A stretch of 64,000 bases of DNA, taken from positions 682 to 64,681 of the forward strand of contig JASJXV010000002.1 in assembly GCA_030123805.1 (NCBI GenBank), read 5' to 3'. Shown piece after piece: positions 27,091-37,344 of this stretch. This stretch comes from Gammaproteobacteria bacterium (lineage in GTDB: Bacteria; Pseudomonadota; Gammaproteobacteria; Pseudomonadales; Azotimanducaceae). Each line of letters starts with the position of its first letter. Position 1 is the stretch's first letter. Both the position numbers and the translations under genes were made by a program. Below the pieces are notes generated by a model, which made no database searches, was not told where the DNA came from, and was given only the letters and a program-made list of their open reading frames with translations.

Positions 27091-27801
27091 ATGAAGCGTA
27101 AAGTGACTATTCTTATTGTCGAAGATGAAGTGGCTATTCTTACCGGCCTTAAAGATGTATTTGTATATCATGGCTACCAGGTGGACTCGGCGGAGACGGG
27201 TCCAGCCGGTTTGCAAAAGGCATTGAGTGGCACCTTTGACATGATACTGTTGGACGTCATGTTGCCTGGTTTGAGCGGCTTTGAGATATGCGAGCAAGTT
27301 CGTAGCCAGAATCGCGATCAGCCAATCATCATGCTGACGGCGAAGAGCTCGGATGAGGATATTATCCAGGGCTTGACCCTGGGTGCAGATGATTATGTCA
27401 CCAAACCTTTTTCCGTTGCCCAACTGGTGTTAAGAGTAGGGGCGGTATTACGAAGGTCGCATATCGGTATTGAAATCGGGGACCGAATTAGATTGAGCGA
27501 TGCTACTGAAATTGACTGCCGCAATCTTACCTGCCAACGGGGAACCGAGACGGTAGCGTTTACCCGCAGGGAAATGGAGGTATTGCAGTACCTGCATGGC
27601 AATTCAGAGCGCCCGGTACCCCGCGATGAATTGTTGGCGAAAATTTGGGGTTACGCAAAGAACATGGAGATAGAGACCCGTACCGTTGACATACATATAG
27701 CGAAATTAAGACGAAAAATTGAAAACAATCCTGCTGAGCCGCGTCATCTGGTAACCATTCGTGGTGCCGGTTATCGATTAGTGTCTGATGAAAATGTTTA
27801 G
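27091..27801 (+). CDS. OmpR/PhoB-family response regulator
   Basis: REC domain: ILIVEDE, ILLDVMLPGLSGFE. Winged-helix domain: TRTVDIHIAKLRRKIE...IRGAGYRL. Confidence 0.9.
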   Translation: MKRKVTILIVEDEVAILTGLKDVFVYHGYQVDSAETGPAGLQKALSGTFDMILLDVMLPGLSGFEICEQVRSQNRDQPIIMLTAKSSDEDIIQGLTLGADDYVTKPFSVAQLVLRVGAVLRRSHIGIEIGDRIRLSDATEIDCRNLTCQRGTETVAFTRREMEVLQYLHGNSERPVPRDELLAKIWGYAKNMEIETRTVDIHIAKLRRKIENNPAEPRHLVTIRGAGYRLVSDENV

Positions 27802-29977
27802 AGCAAGTTTGACTGGATTGGACAAAAAGCGGCTGGCAATTTGGCTTACTGTTTTCTTCCTGGTGTTGGTAATACTCACTGGAATACTGGTTCAATACAC
27901 ATATAGTCAACTGAAGTGGGAAACTTTCAACCAGTACAGGCTGTTATCTCAAGAACTGGCCAACCGTGTTGATGATCGTTTTTCCAGCTTAATCGAGGAT
28001 GAAGAATCGCGTTCGTTTGTCGACTATACGTTTCTGAATGTGGCGGGGGATCCTTCTGCCAGGTTTGTGCAACGTTCTCCTTTGGCCCAATTTCCAGTCG
28101 ATGCAGCGATACCTGGAATGATCGGCTATTTTCAGGTAGATACAGAAGGTGTTTATAGTACACCACTGTTGCCGGATCAGATCGGACCGGAAATTTCCTA
28201 TGGCATTACAGAATCCGAGTTGCAACAGCGGCAGGATCTTGCTGGCAGGATTCGACAGATTCTGAATCAAAACCAACTGGTAGCAGTAACCAGACCTTCC
28301 GGTACAGTTATGCCATTGGTAGCGGATACAGCGCTTGAACAGCGCCAGGAACTGGCCCTCAGCGGGTCTGGATTCAGATCCAGAGAAGTCAGCTATGACA
28401 AGGGTTATGACAGGCCAACTGCTCTGGATGAAGTCACACCTGTACCGCAGAAGCAGCAGGCATTGGCCCAGGCAGCCTTCGATAGCTTGAACAAAGTATC
28501 AAAGGTTGAGCGATGGATAGCGAAAAAGAACATCAGTAATAGCATACAGTCATCCGAAAAGACTGCATTCCGTGGGACCAAAGTAGAAGATCTTGACCTG
28601 GCGTACACTTATCAGCAAGCAATTGCAGAACCGGCTGCGCCCGTATCGGAAATCCAGGCAGGTGCAATGGTTGCTAAGCGCGGAGCAAGACAAAAAAGCC
28701 GCGCAGCCAGACAAGAAAGAAATGTTCTCCCGGAATTGTCAGTAGTTGTTCCGCAAGGAAAAGAGCGCGATGATTTGTATGGCGAAACTTCCGATTCATT
28801 TCACTTTGTTGCCGATCCGGACATTCGCATTACTACCTTTCAGAGTGAAATTGATCCATTTGAGATCAGTTTACTCGAGAGCGGACACTTCGTGCTGTTT
28901 CGCAAGGTATGGAAGGAAGGACAACGATTTATCCAGGGAATGCTCATAGAACAGAACCCTTTTCTGATCGGCGTCATAGAACCCTTATTGCAAGAAACAG
29001 CAATAGCCAAAACCAGCGATCTGATCGTCGTCTATCAGGGCAATGTCTTCTCTGTATTCCGTGGCGGCACAGCACAGTCCGACCTGTATGAAGTCTCTGA
29101 ACTGAAAGGAGAATTATTGCACAGAGCGCGCTTCTCGGCGCCCATGGGTGATCTGGAGTTGATGTTTTTGGTTAATCAACTGCCAGTAGGACCCGGCGGA
29201 ACTCTTATCATTTGGGTAGCAATATTACTCACAGTAGTGCTCCTGAGCGGCTTCACGTTGATGTATTGGCTCGGTGTAAAGCAGATCGATCTGACGCGGC
29301 AGCAACAGGATTTCGTTGCTGCCGTTACCCATGAGCTGAATACACCACTGACATCAATTCGTATGTATGGCGAGATGTTGCGTGATGGTTGGGCACCCGA
29401 GGAGAAAATAAAAACCTACTACGAATTTATTTGCGATGAAAGCGAACGTCTAACACGCCTTATTACCAATGTGTTGCAATTGGCGAGAATGACCCGCAAC
29501 GACCTGCAAATTGAGTTAAAAGAAGTTTCAGTATCTGAGTTGGTTGACGTTATCAGATCAAAGATCTCATCCCAGATTGAGCGGGCGGGGTTTAAACTGA
29601 ATCTGACGTGTGATGATTCTGTGGCTGAAGCGACTGTTAACGTTGATGCTGATTACTTCAATCAAATTGTTATCAATCTGGTTGACAATGCAATAAAGTT
29701 CTCTGCCAGATCGAAAAAAAAAGACATTGATATCTCCTTTAACCTTCAGCAAGAGAATCGGGTGGCGTTCAGGATTCGCGACTATGGACCGGGTGTTTCC
29801 AGCAGTCAGATGAAGAAAATTTTCAAACTTTTCTACCGCGCTGAAGACAAATTCATTCGGGAAACCAAAGGCACAGGGATTGGTCTGTCGCTCGTGAATC
29901 AACTGGCGACAGCTATGGATGCAACGGTAGACGTGGTTAACAAGAATCCGGGTGCTGAATTCAGAATCCTGTTTTAA
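27788..29977 (+). CDS. Sensor histidine kinase with large extracytoplasmic domain
   Basis: Overlaps the regulator gene by 14 nt. Two TM segments flank a domain of about 420 aa. The H-box is VTHELNTPLTSI. The ATPase boxes are DNAIKFS and GTGIGLSLV. Confidence 0.85.
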   Translation: MKMFRASLTGLDKKRLAIWLTVFFLVLVILTGILVQYTYSQLKWETFNQYRLLSQELANRVDDRFSSLIEDEESRSFVDYTFLNVAGDPSARFVQRSPLAQFPVDAAIPGMIGYFQVDTEGVYSTPLLPDQIGPEISYGITESELQQRQDLAGRIRQILNQNQLVAVTRPSGTVMPLVADTALEQRQELALSGSGFRSREVSYDKGYDRPTALDEVTPVPQKQQALAQAAFDSLNKVSKVERWIAKKNISNSIQSSEKTAFRGTKVEDLDLAYTYQQAIAEPAAPVSEIQAGAMVAKRGARQKSRAARQERNVLPELSVVVPQGKERDDLYGETSDSFHFVADPDIRITTFQSEIDPFEISLLESGHFVLFRKVWKEGQRFIQGMLIEQNPFLIGVIEPLLQETAIAKTSDLIVVYQGNVFSVFRGGTAQSDLYEVSELKGELLHRARFSAPMGDLELMFLVNQLPVGPGGTLIIWVAILLTVVLLSGFTLMYWLGVKQIDLTRQQQDFVAAVTHELNTPLTSIRMYGEMLRDGWAPEEKIKTYYEFICDESERLTRLITNVLQLARMTRNDLQIELKEVSVSELVDVIRSKISSQIERAGFKLNLTCDDSVAEATVNVDADYFNQIVINLVDNAIKFSARSKKKDIDISFNLQQENRVAFRIRDYGPGVSSSQMKKIFKLFYRAEDKFIRETKGTGIGLSLVNQLATAMDATVDVVNKNPGAEFRILF

Positions 29978-30271
29978 AGTCACCCGGCAGAATGCTAACG
30001 ATTCTTCCCTGCTTGCATGCGGGATATGTTCCCTCATACAAAAAGCGGGTGCAGTCTTCGTAGTACTCAAGGTTACCGGCGACGACATACATAAATCGTT
30101 GCAGTGCTTCTCTTGGCGGGAATTATTGAAATGAGCGCATTTGCCGGAGTAGCAGATGCGATAGAAGATATTTTAATGCCTTGATCCGCATTGATGCTTT
30201 GGATACGCTGGATTGACTCGTTCAAATACTATTTGCTTTAAACACCGATAAAACATTCTAAGGAGTAGATC

Positions 30272-32512
30272 ATGCGTTATCAGATTTCCACCCTTGTTAT
30301 CTTGCTGCTCATTTCGATTTCCGGCTCTGCTGACAATCTGTTGGGATTCGACGCTGCCGGTAGCGAGGCTCACCGAAAGCTTGTGAACCAATTTGATACC
30401 TATCTGAGACCCGAAGACCTGCGAAAATGGATGCAGCACCTGAGCGCCAGACCTAATCATCTGGGATCGGCCTACGGTAAACAGAATGCAGAGTACATCG
30501 CTGAGCACTACCGCAGCTGGGGATTTGAAACGGAGATAGAAACCTATCATGTGCTGTTCCCTACGCCGCGTTTGCGGCTGTTGGAAATGGTCGCTCCCGT
30601 ACGATTCAAGGCGTCCCTTGAAGAGCCTGCCCTGGCGGAAGATGCGACTTCAGGTCAGAAAGATGAACAGTTACCCACTTACAATGCCTATTCCATAGAC
30701 GGTGACGTAACCGCTGAGCTGGTCTATGTGAATTACGGCATACCGGAAGACTATGAAGAACTGGAGCGTTATGGCATCAGCGTGGAAGGGAAAATAGTTC
30801 TGGCCAGATATTATGGCTCCTGGCGCGGCATAAAGCCGAAAGTGGCTGCCGAGAAAGGTGCAATCGGGACTATACTTTTCTCTGATCCCGCAGATGATGG
30901 ATTTACCCGCGGCGATACCTACCCGGATGGCGGATTTCGAAGTTCGAAAAGTGTTCAACGCGGTTCGGTCATGGACATGCCTCTTTATCCCGGTGATCCA
31001 CTAACACCCGGCATTGGCGCAACTAAAAAAGCCAAGCGCCTGAAACTTGAAAATGCGCCGACTCTGACCCGAATTCCTGTATTACCCATTTCCTATGCAG
31101 ATGCCAAACCGCTGTTGGCGGCATTGGGTGGTCCACTAGCCCCCGCTAAATGGCGGGGTGCTCTGGAAATTCCGTATCACCTGGGACCCGGGCCTGCAAA
31201 AGTACACCTGAAACTGGCTTTCAATTGGGATACGGTAGAACTGCACAATGTTATAGCCAGGATGAAGGGGTCGGAATATCCAGATCAATGGGTCATTCGA
31301 GGTAATCACAAGGACGCCTGGGTCAATGGCGCGGCAGATCCAATGTCCGGGATGGTTGCAATGATGGCGGAAGCCAAGGCAATCGGAGCATTGGCCAGTA
31401 CCGGTTGGCGGCCCAAACGTACCATAGTTTATGCCGCCTGGGATGGTGAAGAGCAGGGTCTGCTTGGTTCCACCGAGTGGGCTGAGCACCACGCCAAAGA
31501 ACTGAAGAAGAAAGCCGTCGCCTATATCAATACCGATATGAATAGTAACGGTTTTCTGCGGGTGGGCGGTTCTCATGTCCTGGAACAGTTGGTTAATGAA
31601 GTAGCAAGTGATGTCAAAGATCCCCAGGTTGGTGTCAGTGTATTAGCAAGAGCCAAGGCTTTTGCTCAGATTAACGGCACGGACAAGCAGAAACTGGAAG
31701 CAACTGAGCGGCCTAATCTCAGAATTGCACCATTGGGGTCCGGCTCCGACTACACGGTATTTTTGCAACACCTGGGTATTGCATCATTAAATCTTGGTTT
31801 CGCAGGTGAAGGAGAATATGGCGTATATCACTCAGCCTACGACTCATTCGATCACTACATACGTTTTATGGATAAAGACTTTCGTTATGGCGTGACTCTG
31901 GCAAAAACTGCGGGGCGATTGACGTTGCGCCTGGCCGATGCCGAAATATTGCCATTCGAATTTGCCGGATTTGCAGATAATCTGGGCAGTTATATTGAGG
32001 AAATCGAAGCACTGACGAATACACTGAGAAAAGACACGCAAGAGATGAATTTACTCATCGATCAGGGAGTATTCACTCTGGTCATTAATCCCAACAAACC
32101 TGTCAAGGCACCAAAGAAAAAAGACCAGGTTCCTCATATCAGCTTTGTCGGAATGAAGAATGCTTTTGCGGAATTACAGCTAACAGTGTCAGATCTGCAG
32201 CAATTGATTAACGCTAAGAACCTTTCCAAACTCAGTAAGCGCCAACGAAAGAAGATTAATCAAATGATCTATCAGACGGAAAGGAAGTTGACTAACGATA
32301 GAGGGTTGCCGCGAAGATCCTGGTACACGCACTATATCTACGCGCCGGGATTCTATACCGGCTACGGTGTTAAAACACTACCCGGAGTCAGGGAAGCGAT
32401 TGAGCAAAGGAAATGGGCTGAAGCAATTGAACAGGAAGCGATAACAGCTCAGGTGATCAATAATTATGCCTTGCATCTGAAAAAGCTTGCGGATTACATA
32501 AAGGAACTATAA
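30272..32512 (+). CDS. M28-family peptidase of the glutamate carboxypeptidase II / transferrin-receptor-like type, secreted
   Basis: The signal peptide is MRYQISTLVILLLISISGSA. The layout is PA domain, then M28 core, then a C-terminal dimerisation-like helical domain. AWDGEEQGLLGSTEW is a typical M28 motif. Confidence 0.8.
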   Translation: MRYQISTLVILLLISISGSADNLLGFDAAGSEAHRKLVNQFDTYLRPEDLRKWMQHLSARPNHLGSAYGKQNAEYIAEHYRSWGFETEIETYHVLFPTPRLRLLEMVAPVRFKASLEEPALAEDATSGQKDEQLPTYNAYSIDGDVTAELVYVNYGIPEDYEELERYGISVEGKIVLARYYGSWRGIKPKVAAEKGAIGTILFSDPADDGFTRGDTYPDGGFRSSKSVQRGSVMDMPLYPGDPLTPGIGATKKAKRLKLENAPTLTRIPVLPISYADAKPLLAALGGPLAPAKWRGALEIPYHLGPGPAKVHLKLAFNWDTVELHNVIARMKGSEYPDQWVIRGNHKDAWVNGAADPMSGMVAMMAEAKAIGALASTGWRPKRTIVYAAWDGEEQGLLGSTEWAEHHAKELKKKAVAYINTDMNSNGFLRVGGSHVLEQLVNEVASDVKDPQVGVSVLARAKAFAQINGTDKQKLEATERPNLRIAPLGSGSDYTVFLQHLGIASLNLGFAGEGEYGVYHSAYDSFDHYIRFMDKDFRYGVTLAKTAGRLTLRLADAEILPFEFAGFADNLGSYIEEIEALTNTLRKDTQEMNLLIDQGVFTLVINPNKPVKAPKKKDQVPHISFVGMKNAFAELQLTVSDLQQLINAKNLSKLSKRQRKKINQMIYQTERKLTNDRGLPRRSWYTHYIYAPGFYTGYGVKTLPGVREAIEQRKWAEAIEQEAITAQVINNYALHLKKLADYIKEL

Positions 32513-32717
32513 ACAGGCATGGAATCGATGCCCGGTAAACACGGTGGAATAATAGCCAGATCAAACCAAAATCGATTGCTCGGTTTTTGTCTGGATTTCA
32601 GACCCGAGGTTGGTTAGTTCCTTATCAAGTGGTTGACTTATAGGTCTAATGATTTCAAAGCATTGTGAATATTAGCCAATTTTATAAGTTTCCGGACAGG
32701 AACTAACTGGTCGGCTT

Positions 32718-32918
32718 CTAGTTATTCCGAGACTTGTTCCCGATGGAAATATGCTTCGGGCCAGCGATACTTTGTTGACCACTGACCCCGGAATTAATTT
32801 GTTTGATCTCTCCGCCCGCTCCAAGGAAAGCTTTGGTTTGTTCCTGGATGGATTGGGACGTTTCTGTCGCTGTCGGCTGCTTTTTTCGTGCAGCGACTGT
32901 TTTTTGTCTGCCTGCCAT
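32718..32918 (-). CDS. Small basic hypothetical protein (66 aa)
   Basis: An isolated ORF in an otherwise empty 660-bp interval, with a low-complexity basic N-terminus. I cannot assign a secure family. Confidence 0.3.
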   Translation of the reverse strand: MAGRQKTVAARKKQPTATETSQSIQEQTKAFLGAGGEIKQINSGVSGQQSIAGPKHISIGNKSRNN

Positions 32919-33174
32919 AACTGGCCCTTAATTTTTGAAATGCTTACCCATTGTACATGAATCCAGGGTCTTTTGTTCGGCTAGTTTCACTATAAAGCGT
33001 CAATTGCATGGCCGTTGAGTATTTTTGACTGTCCTGAATCGCATGAGCGTAGCGGAAATAATATGGCAGATCTATGCTATTCTCGGCAAGGGAAAGTCCA
33101 GTAGCATCTGTTAATGCTGACAAGATCTTTGGCATAGCCCACACCATAGACAGAGCAAACGAAAGGATCGAACC

Positions 33175-33780
33175 ATGAGCATCAAGGTGGAGTTTCATTT
33201 TGATTTTGGCAGCCCGAATGCCTATCTGAGTCATTTGGTGATACCGTCCATCGAGACACGGACGGGGATAAAGTTCGAGTACATTCCCGTGTTGTTGGGG
33301 GGAGTTTTTAAAGCAACCGGTAATGTCTCACCGGCAGTCAGCCTGCAAGGAATCAAAAACAAATCTGAGTACGGTCAGATTGAAATGAGACGGTTTTTAA
33401 AGAAACACGACATAACCACGTTCAATTCCAATCCTTTCTTCCCCGTTAACACGCTGCAAATCATGCGCGGTGCAGTTTATGCTCAGACCGCGGGATTCTT
33501 CGAGAGCTATGTGGATGAGGTTTATCGCCATATGTGGAGTGAACCGAAGAAGATGGATGACCCGGACGTGATAAAGGCGGCCTTCGAAGAGTCGGATCTG
33601 TCTGCCGATGAAATTCTGGCCGGGATGCAGGACCCGGACGTGAAACAGGCACTCATTGCCAATACCGAAAGGTCGGTGTATATGGGCACATTTGGATCGC
33701 CTACCTTCTTCGTAAATAATGAAATCTTCTTTGGCAAAGATAAACTTGTCGACGTCGAAGAGGAAATTGAGGGTCGTTAG
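33175..33780 (+). CDS. DsbA-fold 2-hydroxychromene-2-carboxylate isomerase-family protein
   Basis: KVEFHFDFGSPNAYLSH at the N-terminus and the C-terminal GTFGSPTFFVNNEIFFGKDKL are typical of this family. Confidence 0.75.
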   Translation: MSIKVEFHFDFGSPNAYLSHLVIPSIETRTGIKFEYIPVLLGGVFKATGNVSPAVSLQGIKNKSEYGQIEMRRFLKKHDITTFNSNPFFPVNTLQIMRGAVYAQTAGFFESYVDEVYRHMWSEPKKMDDPDVIKAAFEESDLSADEILAGMQDPDVKQALIANTERSVYMGTFGSPTFFVNNEIFFGKDKLVDVEEEIEGR

Positions 33781-33841
33781 CAGATGTCTCTGAATCAATG
33801 CACATTACTGACAACTAACCACACTATAATGAGGGATTAAC

Positions 33842-34657
33842 ATGAGTCTGAAGGATAAAGTTGTTCTGATTACGGGTGCCGGTCGGGGGATCGGCGCTGG
33901 AATTGCAAAGTGTTTTGCCGTGAAAGGCACCCGGGTTGTCATCACCGATCTGGATCAGGAGAGCATTGATGCCACAGCTGCTTCGCTGGATACGGACGCT
34001 ATGGGGCTGGTTGCTGACGCCTCGAGTCAGCAAGACATGGGTAAGGCTATTGACCAGGTAATAGAACGTTTTGGCGGTCTGGATATTCTGGTTAACAATG
34101 CCGGGGTCGGGGGACCCAAAATCGAATTCCAGGAATTTGCCGCCGAAAGTGGCTTGCTGAGCATCACTGATGAAGGCTGGGACGAACAACTGCGTTATAA
34201 CCTTCGCACCAACTTTGCATCGTCCAATGCAGCCATACCGCGGATGCGGGACGGGGGTAGCATTATCAATATTGCGTCCATCGCTGGCCTGGGACCGACA
34301 CCCCAACTTCCAGCCTACGGCGCAGCAAAGGCCGCAGTGATTCATCTGACCAAGACCCTGGCATTAGAATTAGCACCGCGTAAAATCCGGGTCAACTGCA
34401 TTTGTCCGGGATTGCTATGGACGCGCGCATGGGAGCTTCTTTCCGCTCGCATGAAGGAGCAGCAGAAGGAGCTGGCCAACTTGTCACCGCGGCAGATATT
34501 CGAAATGGTTGTTGCTCAGAGTACCCCATTGGGCGGCGAGCAAACCCCCGAAGATATCGGGAACCTGGCGGTTTTTTACAGTTCAGATGACGCCAGGATG
34601 ATAACCGGGCAGATAGTGTCGGTGGACGGCGGTATTAGATTAAAGGGGGGCAGGTAG
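33842..34657 (+). CDS. Short-chain dehydrogenase/reductase (SDR)
   Basis: TGAGRGIGAGIA, NNAG and YGAAKAAV motifs are present. Confidence 0.9.
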   Translation: MSLKDKVVLITGAGRGIGAGIAKCFAVKGTRVVITDLDQESIDATAASLDTDAMGLVADASSQQDMGKAIDQVIERFGGLDILVNNAGVGGPKIEFQEFAAESGLLSITDEGWDEQLRYNLRTNFASSNAAIPRMRDGGSIINIASIAGLGPTPQLPAYGAAKAAVIHLTKTLALELAPRKIRVNCICPGLLWTRAWELLSARMKEQQKELANLSPRQIFEMVVAQSTPLGGEQTPEDIGNLAVFYSSDDARMITGQIVSVDGGIRLKGGR

Positions 34658-34718
34658 CCTCGCAACCGCGACACTGGATCAGTTCAGGTTGAACCGATCC
34701 AGGTGGTCCTGTGAATGG

Positions 34719-35159
34719 TCACTCGCAGATGAAAACCGGAATATCCCTGCGGGTGCGATGACGATAGTCCTCGTAATCGGGATAGTGTTCCACGCAAATT
34801 GGCCACACCTCTGCCTTTTCTTCGTGGCTTGCCTGACGCGCCTTTAAGAATAGTGTCTTGCCAAGGACCTCGACCGTAATATCCGGATTCGCCGTTAAAT
34901 TGTAATACCAGGTTGGATTTGTTGAGGCGCCGCCCTGAGAAGCTACCAGAAGCAGTCCCTCCTTGTACGGAATATACATGAGTGGTATGCGGCGGACCTT
35001 TCCCGTTTTGGCCCCCTTCATTGTAATCAGGCAGATATCTCTGCCCGTGAACCGATTCATCATCCTGCCGCCGCTGAGACGATATACAAACACGTTAATC
35101 GCGGTCATGGTTCTAAGCAGCCATCTGGGTGGTGGCGAGCCATAGGCTGTTTCTGTCAT
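34719..35159 (-). CDS. Deazaflavin (F420)-dependent nitroreductase-family protein (DDN/PNPOx-like split barrel)
   Basis: FVYRLSGGRM...ITMKGAKTGKVRRIPLMY...LLLVASQGGASTNPTWYYNLTANPDITVEV...RRDIPVF matches the characteristic pattern of this family. Confidence 0.7.
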   Translation of the reverse strand: MTETAYGSPPPRWLLRTMTAINVFVYRLSGGRMMNRFTGRDICLITMKGAKTGKVRRIPLMYIPYKEGLLLVASQGGASTNPTWYYNLTANPDITVEVLGKTLFLKARQASHEEKAEVWPICVEHYPDYEDYRHRTRRDIPVFICE

Positions 35160-35422
35160 ATCGATGCTCCTTGACTATTTGACGAGAATTTTACGGACCT
35201 TGATAGCTCCCGACAACATAAAATCACTCTGATTTGCAACCATTTCGAACCGCCTGGGTGAAATTAGCCGGTCAGAGTAATCAATAATGAACATCAGGCG
35301 CAACTGCATTGCTATCCAAAGAGACAGCAATCAGAGCTTCCCTGGAGGCACTGTTTGTGAGTCGGACAGGCCAATAACAATAAGGCTATAATCGGGGAAA
35401 TTAGCCATTTACAGATCTTTAT

Positions 35423-36853
35423 ATGACGCAAGCAAACAGCGCCGGTGCCGCGGAATTCTCTAAATCAAGGGGAACCAAAGGACCAGGGGGAGGCAAGCCA
35501 CAGCGTAACTTTACGGTTGGTCCGGTGCACACTCACCTGGTCAGGTTAACCGGATATATGTTGATGGGTTTTGTCTCCATCATGGCTGCTGCTCTCATGG
35601 AGACAGTGTATATCGGAACTGTCGGGACCAACGAACTGGCGGCGCTGAGCTTCACATTCCCATTGGTAATGCTCATGCAGGGCGTATCCATGGGCCTTGG
35701 GATCGGTGCTTCATCTGTTGTGGCCAGGACAATTATTGGCAACAGAGAAAAAGCACGCCGTCTGATTACGCACTGTTTTATCATGGTGATTGCTCTGGTT
35801 CTCGCGCTCAGTGTTTTCGTGTATGTCTATCTGGAAGCCTTTTTCGGTCTGCTCGGAGCGCAACCGCATATTCTGCCGTTAGCCGTCGACTATATGGCCA
35901 TCTGGTTGATTGGGATGCCTTTTTTTGCCATTGCGTTTGTGGGTTCCACACTGATGCGTGCAGCAGGTGATGCGGTGACCCCCGGCTATCTGATGACCAT
36001 CGGATCGGCACTGCATATCATCATTGCCCCCTTCTTTATATTCGGCTGGGTGGGTGCGCCGGAACTTGGACTCGAGGGTGCCGCGGTAGGATTTGTACTT
36101 GCAAGAACAGTCAGTTTTGCTCTCTACACCTACTATGTTGTTTTCCGGGACAGGCTAATGCTGGCAAGCCTGACCGGATTGTTCACATCCTGCCGGGAGA
36201 TACTGCATGTCGGCCTTCCGGCAGTTGCCTCCAATCTGATTGCGCCGGTATCCATGAGTATTATCACACGATTGCTGGCAGGGCATGGGGCTGAAGTAGT
36301 TGCAGGATATGGCGTCGCATCACGGATAGAATCCATCGCCATGATGATCATCTTTGCACTATCCATGAGTGTCGCCCCGTTTGTTGGACAGAACTGGGGT
36401 GCTGGTCGTTATGATCGTGTTAAAACTGCGCTGAGTCTGTCCAACAGATTCTCCCTGTGCTGGGGGCTATTTGCGTTTGTCATGATGATCCTGTTTGGCG
36501 AATTCGTTGTCTCCCTGATCAATGCAGACCCGAAGGTAGTGGCAACAGCAGCCAGATACCTGGTTATTATCCCCCTGAGTATCGGGTTTCTGGGTATCAC
36601 GTTAACAGCAACCCAGAGTTTTAATGCGCTGGGTAAGCCTGTGCCACCTCTGATCATTTCAATTCTGCAAATGTTGGTGGTGTATGTACCACTGGCGTTG
36701 TTAGGTGATTATCTGTGGGGTTATACCGGAATTTTTATCGCCTTTACCGTCACCAATATCCTCATCGGAATTTTATCCTGGTTCTGGATCAGTCACCGAA
36801 TTCGGCTGGGGTCTGGCGTCGGACGAGGGCAATCTGTCGACCAAAAAAACTGA
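35423..36853 (+). CDS. MATE-family efflux transporter
   Basis: 476 aa with about 12 hydrophobic segments and an internal two-fold repeat pattern typical of MATE (family call from memory). Confidence 0.8.
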   Translation: MTQANSAGAAEFSKSRGTKGPGGGKPQRNFTVGPVHTHLVRLTGYMLMGFVSIMAAALMETVYIGTVGTNELAALSFTFPLVMLMQGVSMGLGIGASSVVARTIIGNREKARRLITHCFIMVIALVLALSVFVYVYLEAFFGLLGAQPHILPLAVDYMAIWLIGMPFFAIAFVGSTLMRAAGDAVTPGYLMTIGSALHIIIAPFFIFGWVGAPELGLEGAAVGFVLARTVSFALYTYYVVFRDRLMLASLTGLFTSCREILHVGLPAVASNLIAPVSMSIITRLLAGHGAEVVAGYGVASRIESIAMMIIFALSMSVAPFVGQNWGAGRYDRVKTALSLSNRFSLCWGLFAFVMMILFGEFVVSLINADPKVVATAARYLVIIPLSIGFLGITLTATQSFNALGKPVPPLIISILQMLVVYVPLALLGDYLWGYTGIFIAFTVTNILIGILSWFWISHRIRLGSGVGRGQSVDQKN

Positions 36854-36856
36854 CGC

Positions 36857-37327
36857 CTACGGACCTGGAATCTGGTTAAGAACCAGAATCCTCCTGGGAA
36901 AGTCGATGTGCTGATTACTGAGACGTTTCGTTAGATGATCAAGGAACCAGCTCTCCGATTGAGTTCCATAAACCGATCCAAGCATTTGCATGGCAAGACC
37001 CTGAATCGCAAGATCTGCGCATTTGCGGAGTGCCATATCAACAGCCGAGGCCACCCAATCTGCTCTAAAAGAAGGATTCTGATCAAAGTCGTGAACAATG
37101 GCGTAGAAACAGTAGGGTGATTTGCCCCTGGTTACGATCGTACCTGGCATTTCGGGTTTATGCTCCAGAAGACTGGTCATCAAACGTATTGTGTGTTCAG
37201 CACTGAATCTGATATTGGTATCCGCACTCAGGACCATGGCGGTATCTTCTTCAATGACAACGGCATGGATATCAAAGGGCGCCTTGAGATCAGAGCGCAA
37301 GATGATGTCCGGGGAGGTCGAATCCAT
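36857..37327 (-). CDS. Hypothetical protein (156 aa), last gene of the CoA-transferase/aminotransferase operon
   Basis: Lies 17 nt downstream of the aminotransferase stop on the same strand. A weak, unverified resemblance to macro-like folds (AIVHD..., LAMQMLGSVYG) is not enough for a call. Confidence 0.5.
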   Translation of the reverse strand: MDSTSPDIILRSDLKAPFDIHAVVIEEDTAMVLSADTNIRFSAEHTIRLMTSLLEHKPEMPGTIVTRGKSPYCFYAIVHDFDQNPSFRADWVASAVDMALRKCADLAIQGLAMQMLGSVYGTQSESWFLDHLTKRLSNQHIDFPRRILVLNQIPGP

Positions 37328-37344
37328 GGGTCATTTCCCAGTCA

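Noticed and set aside
29567-30088. 173-aa minus-strand ORF overlapping the 3' end of the sensor kinase gene.
   Set aside because: It is antisense to the HATPase domain coding region, which has clear motifs. It has no independent support.
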